A DNA stretch of 64,000 nucleotides from Mytilus trossulus (lineage: Eukaryota), in NCBI RefSeq assembly GCF_036588685.1, contig NC_086373.1:91388001-91452000 (forward strand). Direction: 5' to 3'. The notes under the pieces were generated by a model. The model was not told where the DNA came from. It ran no database searches and saw only the letters and a list, made by a program, of their open reading frames with translations. Of this stretch, positions 1 to 10,839 are shown in pieces. The first letter of the stretch is position 1. Each line of letters begins with the position of its first letter. Position numbers and translations under genes: made by a program.

Positions 1-194
1 TCATTATTATTCATTGGATACCAATTTTTGTGTGTAGAGGTGAACCACAAATTCAAATGTTCAACGAATAACAAATTTTTTTATAGGATGTGTATGCAGA
101 GATTAGTAAAACCACGAAATCAAATACCCTTGAAAATGCAAGTTTTTCTCCATCCACGAAAATTGAAACCCACGAAAATGAATGAGTCCAAAGT
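1..194. mobile_element. Short TIR MITE (Tc1/mariner-like family, also at 20504-21242 and 42915-42999), truncated by window edge
   Basis: Shares ATACCAATTTT...CCACGAAAATTG..CCACGAA..AATGA.TCCA.AGTA terminal motifs with the other copies. Confidence 0.55.
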
Positions 195-459
195 ATTGTA
201 CATTATTGTGCTAAACTTGTCCCACTGAATAGAAATCAGTTAGGTAACTAAGGTTTAGTGAATTTGAATTGATTGAACTTTTTTCATTTCCCTTTTGGGC
301 CAATTTGTCTAGACTTTCAATAGCAGCTCAAAAAGTTGTATCATAAAAACTAAATCTATATTGTGTATCTCATTAGTATGACAAAAAAAATATTTAAAAA
401 TAATATTGTAAATGCTTTGTTACACTGAAAAACTGATTTATAACCCCCTGTTTCCTTAC

Positions 460-3400
460 CAATATAACCAGCTAAGAAGGTGACTGAGAGTTGTTCAGCC
501 TTGTTACATTCAATTCTTGGTCTGGGTACTACATATTTATACAAGGCTTCTACTGTTCTCTCAAAACAAGCAAATTTCATCATTGTATATGGGATCTGTC
601 TGCACCATAAAGGCACCAGTCCTTTGTAAAATCTGTATAAAAGAAGACATACATTTATATACATATATATACAATGTTTAAAGTATTTGTTATAGAGGTT
701 TTACCTATGTTAAGTTAATGTTGCTTATTATTTCACAGTATTTAAGTACACAGTGATGACTTTTTTTCTGAGAACCATTCCAATATCAAGTAAAATGAAC
801 AAATGCTTCATAATACTGTTATTGTTTTTTGAGATATATGCCGAAAACTGCATTTTTTACCCTTCATGTATGTTCTATTTTTAAAAACAGCAACGTTAAC
901 CCATTTGACGATGAATCAAATCCCTAGATAACATTTATAAACATGATACCCTATGCAATATTTATAAAGTTTGATTACATTTGACCCAGTAGTTTCAGAG
1001 AGAAGTAGTTTTTTTAACGTTTTCAACAACAGCAACAGTTGCCAAGTGATGACAAAAGATCATCACTTAAAAAAAAGAAAGATCCAAGATCTCAGAGTAG
1101 AAATGTTGGAAGTAAATAATTTTAGAGAAAAAAAATCTATGTTTATAGCCATTTCATTTAGTTATGTTTCCAAATTTTATTCAGATTTTTATTTTGAACC
1201 ATTCTGATGATCTGGGGATAAGCTATTTCATTCTCATAGCAAAATGGACTTGTCTTTGGAAATATAAATAGGATGCAACAAGTGAAACTGCGAGCTACTG
1301 CTCACTGATGATACCCCCGCCGCAAGTGGATAATATTAATAGTGTAAAAATATGCAAGTGTTCCGTAAACAGGAAGTTGTCGAGTGATGAATCTGAAAAT
1401 GCATCACACGGTATAGTTGACTTATATAAATCCTGAAACCAAATTTCAGAAATCCTTGTATTGTAGTTCCTGAGAAAAATGTGACGAAAATTTTCAACTT
1501 GGCTATCATGTGTAAAATCATACAAGTGTTCGGTAAACAGGAAGTTGTCAAGTGATCAATCTGAAAGCGCATCACACGGTATAGCTGACTTAGATAAATC
1601 CTGAAACCAAATTTCAGAAATCCTTGTATTGTAGTTCCTGAGAAAAATGTGACGAAAATTTTCAACTTGGCTATCATGTGTAAAATCATACAAGTGTTCG
1701 GTAAACAGGAAGTTGTCAAGTGATCAATCTGAAAACACATCACACGGTATAGCTGACTTAGATAAACCCTGAAACCAATTTTAGAAATCCTTGTATTGTA
1801 GTTCCTGAGAAAAATGTGACGAAAGTTTCATGGGACGGACTGATGGACGGACTGAGGGACGGACTGATGGACAGACAGAGGTAAAACAGTATACCCCCCC
1901 TTTTTTAATTTCAGAAATCCTTGTATTGTAGTTCCTGAGAAAAATGTGACGAAAATTTTCAACTTGGCTATCATGTGTAAAATCATACAAGTGTTCGGTA
2001 AACAGGAAGTTGTCAAGTGATCAATCTGAAAACACATCACACGGTATAGCTGACTTAGATAAACCCTGAAACCAAATTTCAGAAATCCTTGTATTGTAGT
2101 TCCTGAGAAAAATGTGACGAAAGTTTCATGGGACGGACTGACTGACGGACGGACTGATGGACAGACAGAGGTAAAACAGTATACCCCCCCTTTTTTAAAG
2201 CGGGGGTATAATTATATCAATACATCTTTAAAACATGCATACATAAATATGTGTTTTATATAGTTCAAATAGTGAATATTAAATATTCATTTCTGATGCT
2301 GCAAACTAATTGAAAACGTCATGATAGAAGTTTCAGTATTAAATTTTTAAAAATCCAACAAGATAAAGGATGTGTTGTTTATATCTAAATCTACATCACT
2401 GTGAGTCTGTGTAAATACGTAGTTATCAAACTAACCCGTTGATTCCTTCCTCTTTTAATATCCTTGGGAAACCTTCTCTCAGTGTTGTACTCCAGCCAGC
2501 CTGTGTTTGGATTCTGACTTTACAAGCTTCCATTGGACATAGAGCAATGTCAGCAAAGAATTCAGCTGATGCACTGGATATCAGGTATAATGAAGTTCTC
2601 CATAAAAAGCAATTTTCCTATTTAATATAAGGTAGCAAATATAAGTTTCAAATGTGCATCAATTGCTCCTGTGAGCATCTCTCACAGTCTACAACAAACA
2701 ACTTTATGATACATGATTTAATCACATTTTGTTTCTCTGTCAATTTAAGTTTTTCTTGTATTTCATTGGTTTTTTTCTTCTCTGATAGGCACAATCCACA
2801 TTGAATGTCATGAATGTATATGAATTGCGATATCAAATTTACAGATCTTACATCGTTGGGTTGATGTTTAGATGAGTTGTATATACATAATGTACACAGC
2901 CATGTATCACCATCATTGCTGGTGATCCGATGGATAAATCTGTTGTAGAATTGTCACCGACTCAGACGTACTTATAAATATAATTATTTTCTGTGACTGT
3001 ATCTTGCATTAATTTGTATGATCCTTTACTATAGATAATTGAGCTGATCTGTAACAATAACATCTCCATGCCTTATATATCATGTACTGTAGTACCCGCT
3101 AGATTAAAACTGACGAGGAAATGTAACACACAGCCACCGAAAGCTTTATTTTTGTGAAGCCCAGGTGGTCATGTGGTCTAGTAGGGCGGCTGCAGTGCAG
3201 GTGATTTGTTGTCACGATATCTCAGTAGCATGGTTTCGAATCCCGGCAGGGGAGGAACATAAAATTTGCGAAAGCAAATTTACAGATCTAACATTGTTGG
3301 GTTGATGTTTAGACGAGTTGTATATGAATTAAATATATATATATGTATGAAAAAAATTACTAATAAATATTTCTATCCATTTTTCTATCATTTGTAGGGG

Positions 3401-6262
3401 GATTCTAAGAACAAAAATTGAAATACAAATACAAATACAATATTTGTTCACATGTTTTACATGTACATGTGCATTTATAACATAATAACGTTTTCTGTAA
3501 TAGCAACTGTTAAAGTGTGTCTTTAACTATATATTATGACTATGGCATTGTCATAGGTGAAGCAACATTCATATAATTTTATTGTATTGACTGATTAAGA
3601 AAACTAGAGGCTCTAAAGAGCCTGTGTCGCTCACCTTGGTCTATGTGAATATTCAACAAAGGACACAGATGGATTAATGACAAAATTGGGTTTTGGTGAT
3701 GGTGATGTGTTTGTATATCTTACTGTACTAAACATTCTTGCTGCTTACAATTATTTCTATCTATATTGAACTTGGCCCATTAGTTTCAGTGGAAAATGTT
3801 AGTTAAAATTTACAAATTTCATGAAAATTGTTAAAAGTTGACTATAAAGGGCAACAACTCCTAAAGGGGTCAACTGACCATTTTGGTTATGCTGACTTAT
3901 TTGTAGATCTTACTTTGCTGAACATTATTGCTGTTTACAGTTTATCTCTATCTATAATAATATTCAAGATAATAACCAAAAACATCAAAATTTCCCTAAA
4001 ATTACCAATTCAGGGACAGCAACCCAACAACGGGTTGTCTGATTCATCTGAAAATTTCAGGGAAGATAGATCTTGATCTGATAAACAGTTAAACCTGGTG
4101 TGATTTGCTCAAAATGCTTTGGTTTTTGAGTTATAAGCCAAAAACTGCATTTTACCCCACTGTTCTATTTTTAGCCATGGCAGCCATCTTGGTTAGTTGA
4201 CCGGGTCACGCCACACATTTTTTAAACTAGATACCCCAAAGATGATTGTGGTCAAGTTTGGATTAATTTGGCCAAGTAGTTTCAGAGGAGAAGATTTTTG
4301 TAAAGATTACTAAGATTAACGAAAAATGGTTAAAAATTGACTATAAAGGGCAATAACTCCTAAAGGAGTCAACTGACCATTTTGGTTATGTTGACTTATT
4401 TGTAGATCTTACTTTGCTAAACATTATTGCTGTTTACAGTTTATCTCTATCTACAATAATATTCAAGATAATAAGGGAAAACAGACAAAATTTCCCTAAA
4501 ATTACCAATTCAGGGGCAGCAACCCAACAACGGGTTGTCTGATTCATCTGAAAATTTCAGGGCAGATAGATCTTGACCTGATTAACAATTTAACCCCATG
4601 TCAGATTTGCTCTAAATGCTTTGTTTTTTGAGTTATAAGCCAAAAACTGCATTTTACCCCTATGTTCTATTTTTAGCCATGGCGGCCATCTTGGTTGGTT
4701 TGACGGGTCATGCCACACATTTTTTAAAACTAGATACCCCAATGATGATTGTGTCCAAGTTTAATTTAATTTGGCCCAGTAGTTTTTGAGGAGAAGATTT
4801 TTGTAAAAGTTAACGACGACGACGGAGTGATTAGAAAAGCTCACTTGGCCCTTCGGGCCAGGTGAGCTAAAAAAGGATATTCTAAAATGATATTCCAAAA
4901 TACATGCATTAAGTGTCTAGGTGTTCTGGATCCTTGGGCATTGGCATGCCTTTGCCTTTTCCAATTTACTTTTCACCTTATTTCACAATGTAAAAAGAAA
5001 TGTAAATTGTGTTTAATTCAATAATTTTAAAATAAATGTCAATGTACATGTGCAATGTATACCGTAAATTGTGTATAAATATTCCGTCATGATGTGAAAA
5101 CTTCATTTTTTTTTAAATACAATAAATTTTCAATTTATAAACTTAAACCACAACCTTCACAAATTTATGTAAAAAGTTCTGTTCATACCTCTCCTAATAA
5201 GTTTCCATAAAATATCTTGAAGACTTCATAGAATCCAAATTTGCAAATTCCTTGCATTGAATAACCAATTAATGTTGGAGCCCATCCCTTGGTCAGCTCC
5301 ATAGCTCCACCTTCTTTGATGGATACTTTGAAGCCTTTGACGATCCCACCATATTTTTCAGGTTGTACTTGAATTCTACATTTCACCAAATCAAGTGGTA
5401 CTACAGCTGTGTGTGTTATACCGCAACTCAATAAACCACCAAAACCACACAAGGCATAGTACTTGTTAGATCCAAATTCACAGCTGGTGTCCTCTGAAAT
5501 AAAGTTAAATATTATTTATATAATAATAAAGAATTATTTTCCAAAATATCTTCTATTTTTCTGCCAAGACTTAAAATCCAAAGGCAGGAAACATATCTTT
5601 TCTATTTCGTTGTGGCGGTTTTGCCTTAGAAAAGTGACCATCTATAACTTTGCCACTGTTGTCATGTTGACCTTCACAATATGCATTTTCAATAATTCCA
5701 AGTATTCTGATGTTTTTTTGCATTATAAATATTTATATTTAGGATATCAACTGTATACCAGACAGGTAATTACATCTTATCAGAATTGGAAGAACCCCTC
5801 AAGTGAGGAGTATACCTTAATAAAAGTAGTTAACTTATGAGTATGATTATTTTATATCAAAAATAAATTGGATGGACTAGTGATTTTATTAGTTTCAATA
5901 GAAATTGACTACTCCGAGATTATCACAGGTGAAAGAACTTTTCTGCTTTAACATTCATTCATAAATATAGCTTTTAACTAAAAACTTAATACAAATTCAT
6001 GGGTGTCCTTGAATCTGACAGCTGAGTAAATTTCAAATGTAATTGTATCATGAAAATCTTTTACAATTTTAATGATAACGGTCATTGGTAATTAATGATA
6101 TACAATATATGTCGCCTATATAATGTGTTTTCTTGATATACCTTTAGCAGATGCAGCGGCGATTGTTCGTGTTTCGTTCACTTTGAAACCTTCACATTTT
6201 GCCTGATGGAAAGGGCTGCTGAACGGGTTGTTTTTCACCGCGTTGGAGATTGCTTCCATCAT
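460..6262 (-). CDS. SLC25A3: Mitochondrial phosphate carrier (SLC25A3/PiC), 5' part; coding exons complement(join(460..632,2436..2617,5189..5493,6142..6262)); gene continues beyond left edge
   Basis: Manual splicing at GT/AG sites gives a continuous frame (phases 1,0,2,1): MMEAISNAVKNNPFSSPFHQAKCEG...EDTSCEFGSNKYYALCGFGGLLSCGITHTAVVPLDLVKCRIQV...GWAPTLIGYSMQGICKFGFYE...ENCFLWRTSLYLISSASAEFFADIALCPMEACKVRIQT...GFYKGLVPLWCRQIPYTMMKFACFERTVE. Contains two Px[DE]xx[KR]x[RK] carrier signatures and PiC-diagnostic motifs. Confidence 0.96.
1277..2211. mobile_element. Non-autonomous Helentron/HINE-like element with internal 168-bp tandem repeats
   Basis: Starts AACAAGTGAAACTGCGAGCTACTGCTCAC. 168-bp units (e.g. 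1441 and 1609), (GGAC/TGAC)n microsatellite, terminal hairpin TATACCCCCCC..GCGGGGGTATA. An inverted short copy lies at 22039-22277 and a degenerate piece at about 14055-14170. Confidence 0.75.
2825..3325 (+). mobile_element. About 441-bp terminally redundant retro-repeat with tRNA-derived (Pol III A/B box) segment
   Basis: About 60-bp direct repeats at 2825-2884 and 3266-3325. tRNA-like segment 3159-3252 with TGGTCATGTGG (A-box-like) and GGTTTCGAATCC (B-box-like). Confidence 0.6.
3602..4872. mobile_element. Non-autonomous Helentron/HINE-like element with about 500-bp internal tandem repeats
   Basis: CTATAAAGGGCAA at 3842 and 4341. (GAC)n tract and terminal hairpin AGCTCACTTGGCCC-TTC-GGGCCAGGTGAGCT. 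Same family lies inverted at 53587-55037, with a degenerate fragment at about 835-1070. Confidence 0.8.
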
Positions 6263-6373
6263 TTTGACCTGAAATATACATGAATATTGTATTAAGACTT
6301 GTCGCTAGGAATTTTGATCAAAGTTTCAGTACAGTTAAGATTTAAATTGACAACCGGCGTTTTGTCCTCTTAC

Positions 6374-6449
6374 CGTTCTGGCGTGTTGCGACGGAAAGGA
6401 CTGATTAAAAGGTCAAACAGGGCTAAATTCTTCATACATTTGTGATTGG
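6374..6449 (-). promoter_or_regulatory. Putative SLC25A3 core promoter and non-coding exon 1 (about 6374-6400) with polypyrimidine (TCT-like) start and CCAAT box
   Basis: Minus strand reads TCCTTTCCGTCGCAACACGCCAGAACG|GTAAGA (donor 6373-6368). Exon 2 has an acceptor (TTTCAG) 6 nt before the ATG, so an upstream non-coding exon is expected. CCAATCA at 6449-6443. Confidence 0.6.
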
Positions 6450-7175
6450 ATGGTGCTATTGTGACGATATCGTCTGGTTCCCTGTTGCATCCATAAAAAA
6501 GTGTAATAATTGATGATTTTGCTAGGTATTATTATAATTTATATAAAAATGTTCAATAATTTAGTTTTGGGAGAGTCGTTTGCGAATGCAGCAAACTTTT
6601 ATAAAGTGTATTATGCTTCGACTAAAATAATTCGATGCACAGCATAAAAGTCTACAGTTAGTCTAGTCAGAGACATATATTTTTTTGTGAATTTTTTTCT
6701 TCTAAAACAGAGGCGGATTTATCTAAAAGGGGGGGGGGGGGGGGGGGTTGACACTAGTGGCAAGGTTTCGGTGCAAAATATAGTTGAAATGAATTTTGTG
6801 TCCGGACACATGGCCACAACGATAAATTACAAATATTGAATACAGTAATTCAGTTTAACATAGATGCTTTATTTAATATAAATAACCAAATGACAAACGA
6901 CACAATTGAAAATTCAATCAGATTCAATTTTCTTAAATAAATAAATTAAACTGCAAATCTCTTTTTGCATTGTGTTGAGGCACCGGACACATCCATATAG
7001 AGCACCAATGGCTACACTAATATATAAAAATCATTATAGGGGTGTGCTATATCAAATTGAACCCTCCTTTTCCAAAGTTAGTACAGAAAAACATTTGACC
7101 CCCACTACATTTTGACCAGGCCCCCTCCCGTGTTAAATATGATAAGTCCCTCAGCTATAATTATAAAGAAAAAGT

Positions 7176-7255
7176 CAATCTAATTGAAATGTTGATCTCT
7201 GATTACGTTATACTGCAGTATAACGTAATCAGAGATCAACATTTCAATTAGATTG
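7176..7255. mobile_element. 80-bp perfect palindrome flanked by 10-bp direct repeat (foldback mini-element)
   Basis: 40+40 nt perfect inverted repeat centred on CTGCAG. AAGAAAAAGT at 7166-7175 and 7256-7265. Confidence 0.8.
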
Positions 7256-9504
7256 AAGAAAAAGTAAGACACTTTTTCTTTCACTTTCTATCATATTCCG
7301 ATTGGACCGATTAAAGGTAAAACAGAATACTTCTGTCTATATTTCCTGATCTTAAGACCAATGAGTCTTGGGGCGGCCCCTCACTGAGTTGTCGAGCTAC
7401 ATATTGGTTTGGTGCATAAACTGTTTACAGGTTCCACTCCCGTGTTGTCTAGTTCGCTCCTTTTTTAAAATTCTGACTGGTCAGCATCAGGAAAGCTCAT
7501 AAATCGTCGAAAAACGACGTTGTTTAATTTATTGGATAATCACCAACTTCAATAACCAATGCACAGAGGCATGATGAATATAAATAAGGAGATGAAAGGC
7601 TGGCTTTGAAATCTCAATCGCCCAGCAAAACAACAGCTTAAATGTTAACCCAAAAATATAACTATTGAACCCGAAATTATAAAATTAGTATGTCCCAGCC
7701 TAAACAGACATCTTTTATATAGTAAATAACGGTGTTTTTTTTGGCTAGAACGATGCCAAGAGTAAAATTATCACGAGGAGGAGAAAATTGGTCCCTTTTG
7801 TCATTAGTTTTTGTGTCGAGTATTTCGTGTATAACTGAAATCTAAATCTAGAAAACAAGTTACATTTACACCACTGTCCCGGGTTAGATGGAGATTGAGC
7901 ACAATGAAACATGTTTAAACCCACCACATTCTTTATAAGCCTTTTCCAAAGCCCATATGTGTTTCCCTGAAGCTATCGTTTGTAGCTCTCTGTCATAATT
8001 AATTTTTTTTAATTTTATAAGCTAAATTTAAACCCATGTTTTCTGTTAATTTTTTTCTCTTTATTTTTTGGATGCATACCAAATAAATTAACCAAAAATT
8101 TAGGCAATTATATAGTTTGTGAATAACATGCATATTACTCAACTGATATATACACAAATAACTATTGCAGTTCCTTTTCTGTAGTTTCTTGATGCTGACA
8201 TGGAATGTGGATAAAGCCAACTGACAATCGGTCTACGCGAGAATTGTTTTTGCCGCTTACCTACACAACGAAGCATTGCTACATAATAAACTTTTCAAAG
8301 GAATAATGGAGCTACATAATTTTTGCCATTGCACACAATAACCCCTCTTGAGGACAACTGCCCCAGGCAATTTCACTTTGACACATTCCCCATTTTCATT
8401 CTCAATTTTAAAGATTAATAATAATTGTCGAAATTTTGAAATTATGCCTCTAAACTGACATTTTTGGTGTAGTTGACAATAGTTCTATACTACTAGTAGT
8501 ATATAATGTTGATTTTGATATATAGAACAATTGAAGTGATAGTCTTAAAATATTGGACTGGTTTGGTTACAATTCAATGAAAGCGAATTATAAACCAGAT
8601 AAATTTCAAGCTCTGGCAATTGGTAAAACAATTTGTATATTTATAGTCATGATATTGTTTTTAACCTTAAAAGAAATAGAAGAGATGAAAATGATGTACA
8701 GCTACTGGGAGTCATACTATACTACAGATTAAATTTTGATAAATATCATATAGTAAAAAGGCCTCTTATATTTAATAGTGTACATTTTTGTTTTGGGGCC
8801 AGCTTATGCACGCCTAAGGGTGCGCCCGGGGAGTTTCTCGCTGCATTGAAGACCCTTTGGTGGACTTTGGCTGATTCGCTCTTTGGTAGGGTTGTTGTCA
8901 CTTTAACACATTCCTTATTTTCATTCTCAATTTTAGTGTGTACCTTAATATAACACGTGTTAAGGAACATCAAGGCATTTTTTCTGAGACAAGCGCCTTT
9001 GGAAAGATGGCATAAAGCCAAGAGAAAGCATGTGTTGGGATTGGTGTATGAGGATTATGATAGCTCATATGAAGATTTTTTACACAAGTCAACTTTTTTT
9101 TTTAATTATACACAAAAAGTGTTCTTCCTATTTGCATGATTTGGTTAACAAATAAGTAAAAATTACATTCAGTTGAACAGCCCCAGGTGAGAACAACAAG
9201 CTAATGTATACATGGCTTCAATTCTTTTAGATACACAGCAGCACAATTTGGAATGAACTACCACATAGTTTTAGAAAAAAACCCAATTTAAACAATTTTC
9301 TAAACTTATTGTTACCTGCATGCATGGAATAGTAGTTTATGCTGATGCAATACCTGCAAATTATCAATGCTATACTTGTTAGTGTTTTTTTCTGCTTGAT
9401 GTGCTATAAATGTTTATGTGTTTTTTAAGTGCTTTGTATGTTTGAATTATTGATTGCTTATGGAAATAAACTGATCATAGATACCAGGACTAAATTTAGT
9501 ATAT

Positions 9505-9548
9505 ACGCCAGACGCGCGTTTCGTCTACATAAGACTCATCAGTGACGC
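9505..9548 (-). ncRNA. Type I minimal hammerhead ribozyme within a retrozyme/Penelope-like repeat fragment (about 9465-9645)
   Basis: Minus strand: GCGTCA-CTGATGA-GTCT-TATGT-AGAC-GAAA-CGCGCG-TC-TGGCGT. Intact catalytic core, 4-bp helix II, palindromic helix III, GUC cleavage triplet, 6-bp helix I. Confidence 0.8.
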
Positions 9549-10320
9549 TCGAATCCAAAAAAGTTAAAAAGGCCAAATAAAGTACGAAGATGAAGAGCAT
9601 TGAGAACCAAAATTCCTAAAAGTTTTGCCAAATACAGCTAAGGAGAACTTTCAATAATTTGGCATAGTTTAAAATATTTCAATGTAATGATTATGTTTGT
9701 GTGTAGCTGTCGTAGCTCAGTCTTGAGTGTGTAGCATGCGTGCTTTGTTTTAAATGTTTTGTTTGTAATTATAAGACGGTATAAAAGCTAAATAGCTAAG
9801 AGCTTATGTTTTCTGTATATCGATTTCGTCTATAAATAAAGCTTTTGAACTTGAACTTTTACTCATACGGCCTCAGCGAGCTCTTCGATGCATACACATG
9901 GATTTATTAGAGTTTTAATTTAGTCAAAATGTGTTTAAAAATCAATAGGCAACAAAACTGAGTACAATATTACGGTAATCTCTTTTATATATTGATGCTG
10001 TAAAGTCCGGCTTTCGAATTCAAGCGGCGTGTAGCTGAAAGCTTGAGTAAAATTAATATTGAATCTCTGTGCTTTCGGATTTGTTTCACAATTTACTATA
10101 TGTGTTGTAATCAAACAAAAATTTAGTCATTATGATGTTTGGAATACATCTTATAAAGAATTTGATACTGACTTAAATTAGTATCCTTCTGGTATGTATA
10201 TGCAAATGTCCATTCCAGAGCTCTATAATGCAAATGTCCATTCCAGAGCTCTATAATGCAAATGCAATGCTTCTGCGGTGGGAAATGAAATTTCAACGTA
10301 ATCGTAGCAAGTTAAGTTAT

Positions 10321-10403
10321 CACAGGCACTTGTCTCATAATTTTTTTCCCTATATACCTTAATATAACATTAACATATAGGGGGTCTCAGACAAGTGCCT
10401 GTG
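10321..10403. mobile_element. Miniature inverted-repeat element (CACAGG termini, P-element-like)
   Basis: TIR CACAGGCACTTGTCT. Flanks TAAGTTAT/TAAGTTAG (7/8 TSD match). Same family as 11206-11293. Confidence 0.75.
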
Positions 10404-10839
10404 TAAGTTAGGTACCGACAAATAACATATAGGAAATAGAAATAAGCAAGATAAACACACATGCACCCTATTGGCAACATTTGATAGACCAAGAAAGCAC
10501 AGGAAAATATAAATGGAAGTAAGAAATCGTTTCGGACTTTATTGCAAAAAACGGACGTTTTGACTTACCAGAACATCCACAACCCCAATCGTAACAGCAA
10601 GAACAAAATTGAAGTACATGGATGAAATTACACGGATAATCCACGTAGGTTTTGATATGTACCAATGAGAACAGTTATGCTAAAGGCCATACGATTGAGG
10701 AAGTTCTTTCAAATATCCCATCTACAGAAAGAATTTGTGACGTCAAATATGATAGACTGGTTGTATGAATATTTTCTACCTCCATGTGATGAATTTTGAA
10801 ATTTGAATTTGATAGATTTGTTCTTAATTTGCACTGGCT

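Noticed and set aside
1295-2040. Several 69-135 aa ORFs with internal repeats
   Set aside because: Read-through of 168-bp HINE repeat units, with no protein-family motifs.
3159-3252. Possible tRNA gene
   Set aside because: The acceptor stem and arms do not close into a cloverleaf and it is embedded in a dispersed repeat, so it is treated as a tRNA-derived segment.
633-6141. Intronic snoRNA in SLC25A3
   Set aside because: No convincing C/D or H/ACA box arrangement found by eye on the minus strand; a covariance-model search is needed.
5189-6142. Mutually exclusive exon pair equivalent to vertebrate SLC25A3 3A/3B
   Set aside because: Only one copy of the SCEFGS..THTAVVPLDLVKC segment is present, within a single 305-nt exon.
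6728-6747. Poly-G and poly-C runs (also 60918-60933) as G-quadruplex regulatory elements
   Set aside because: Simple homopolymers inside repeat fragments, with unreliable lengths and no supporting context.
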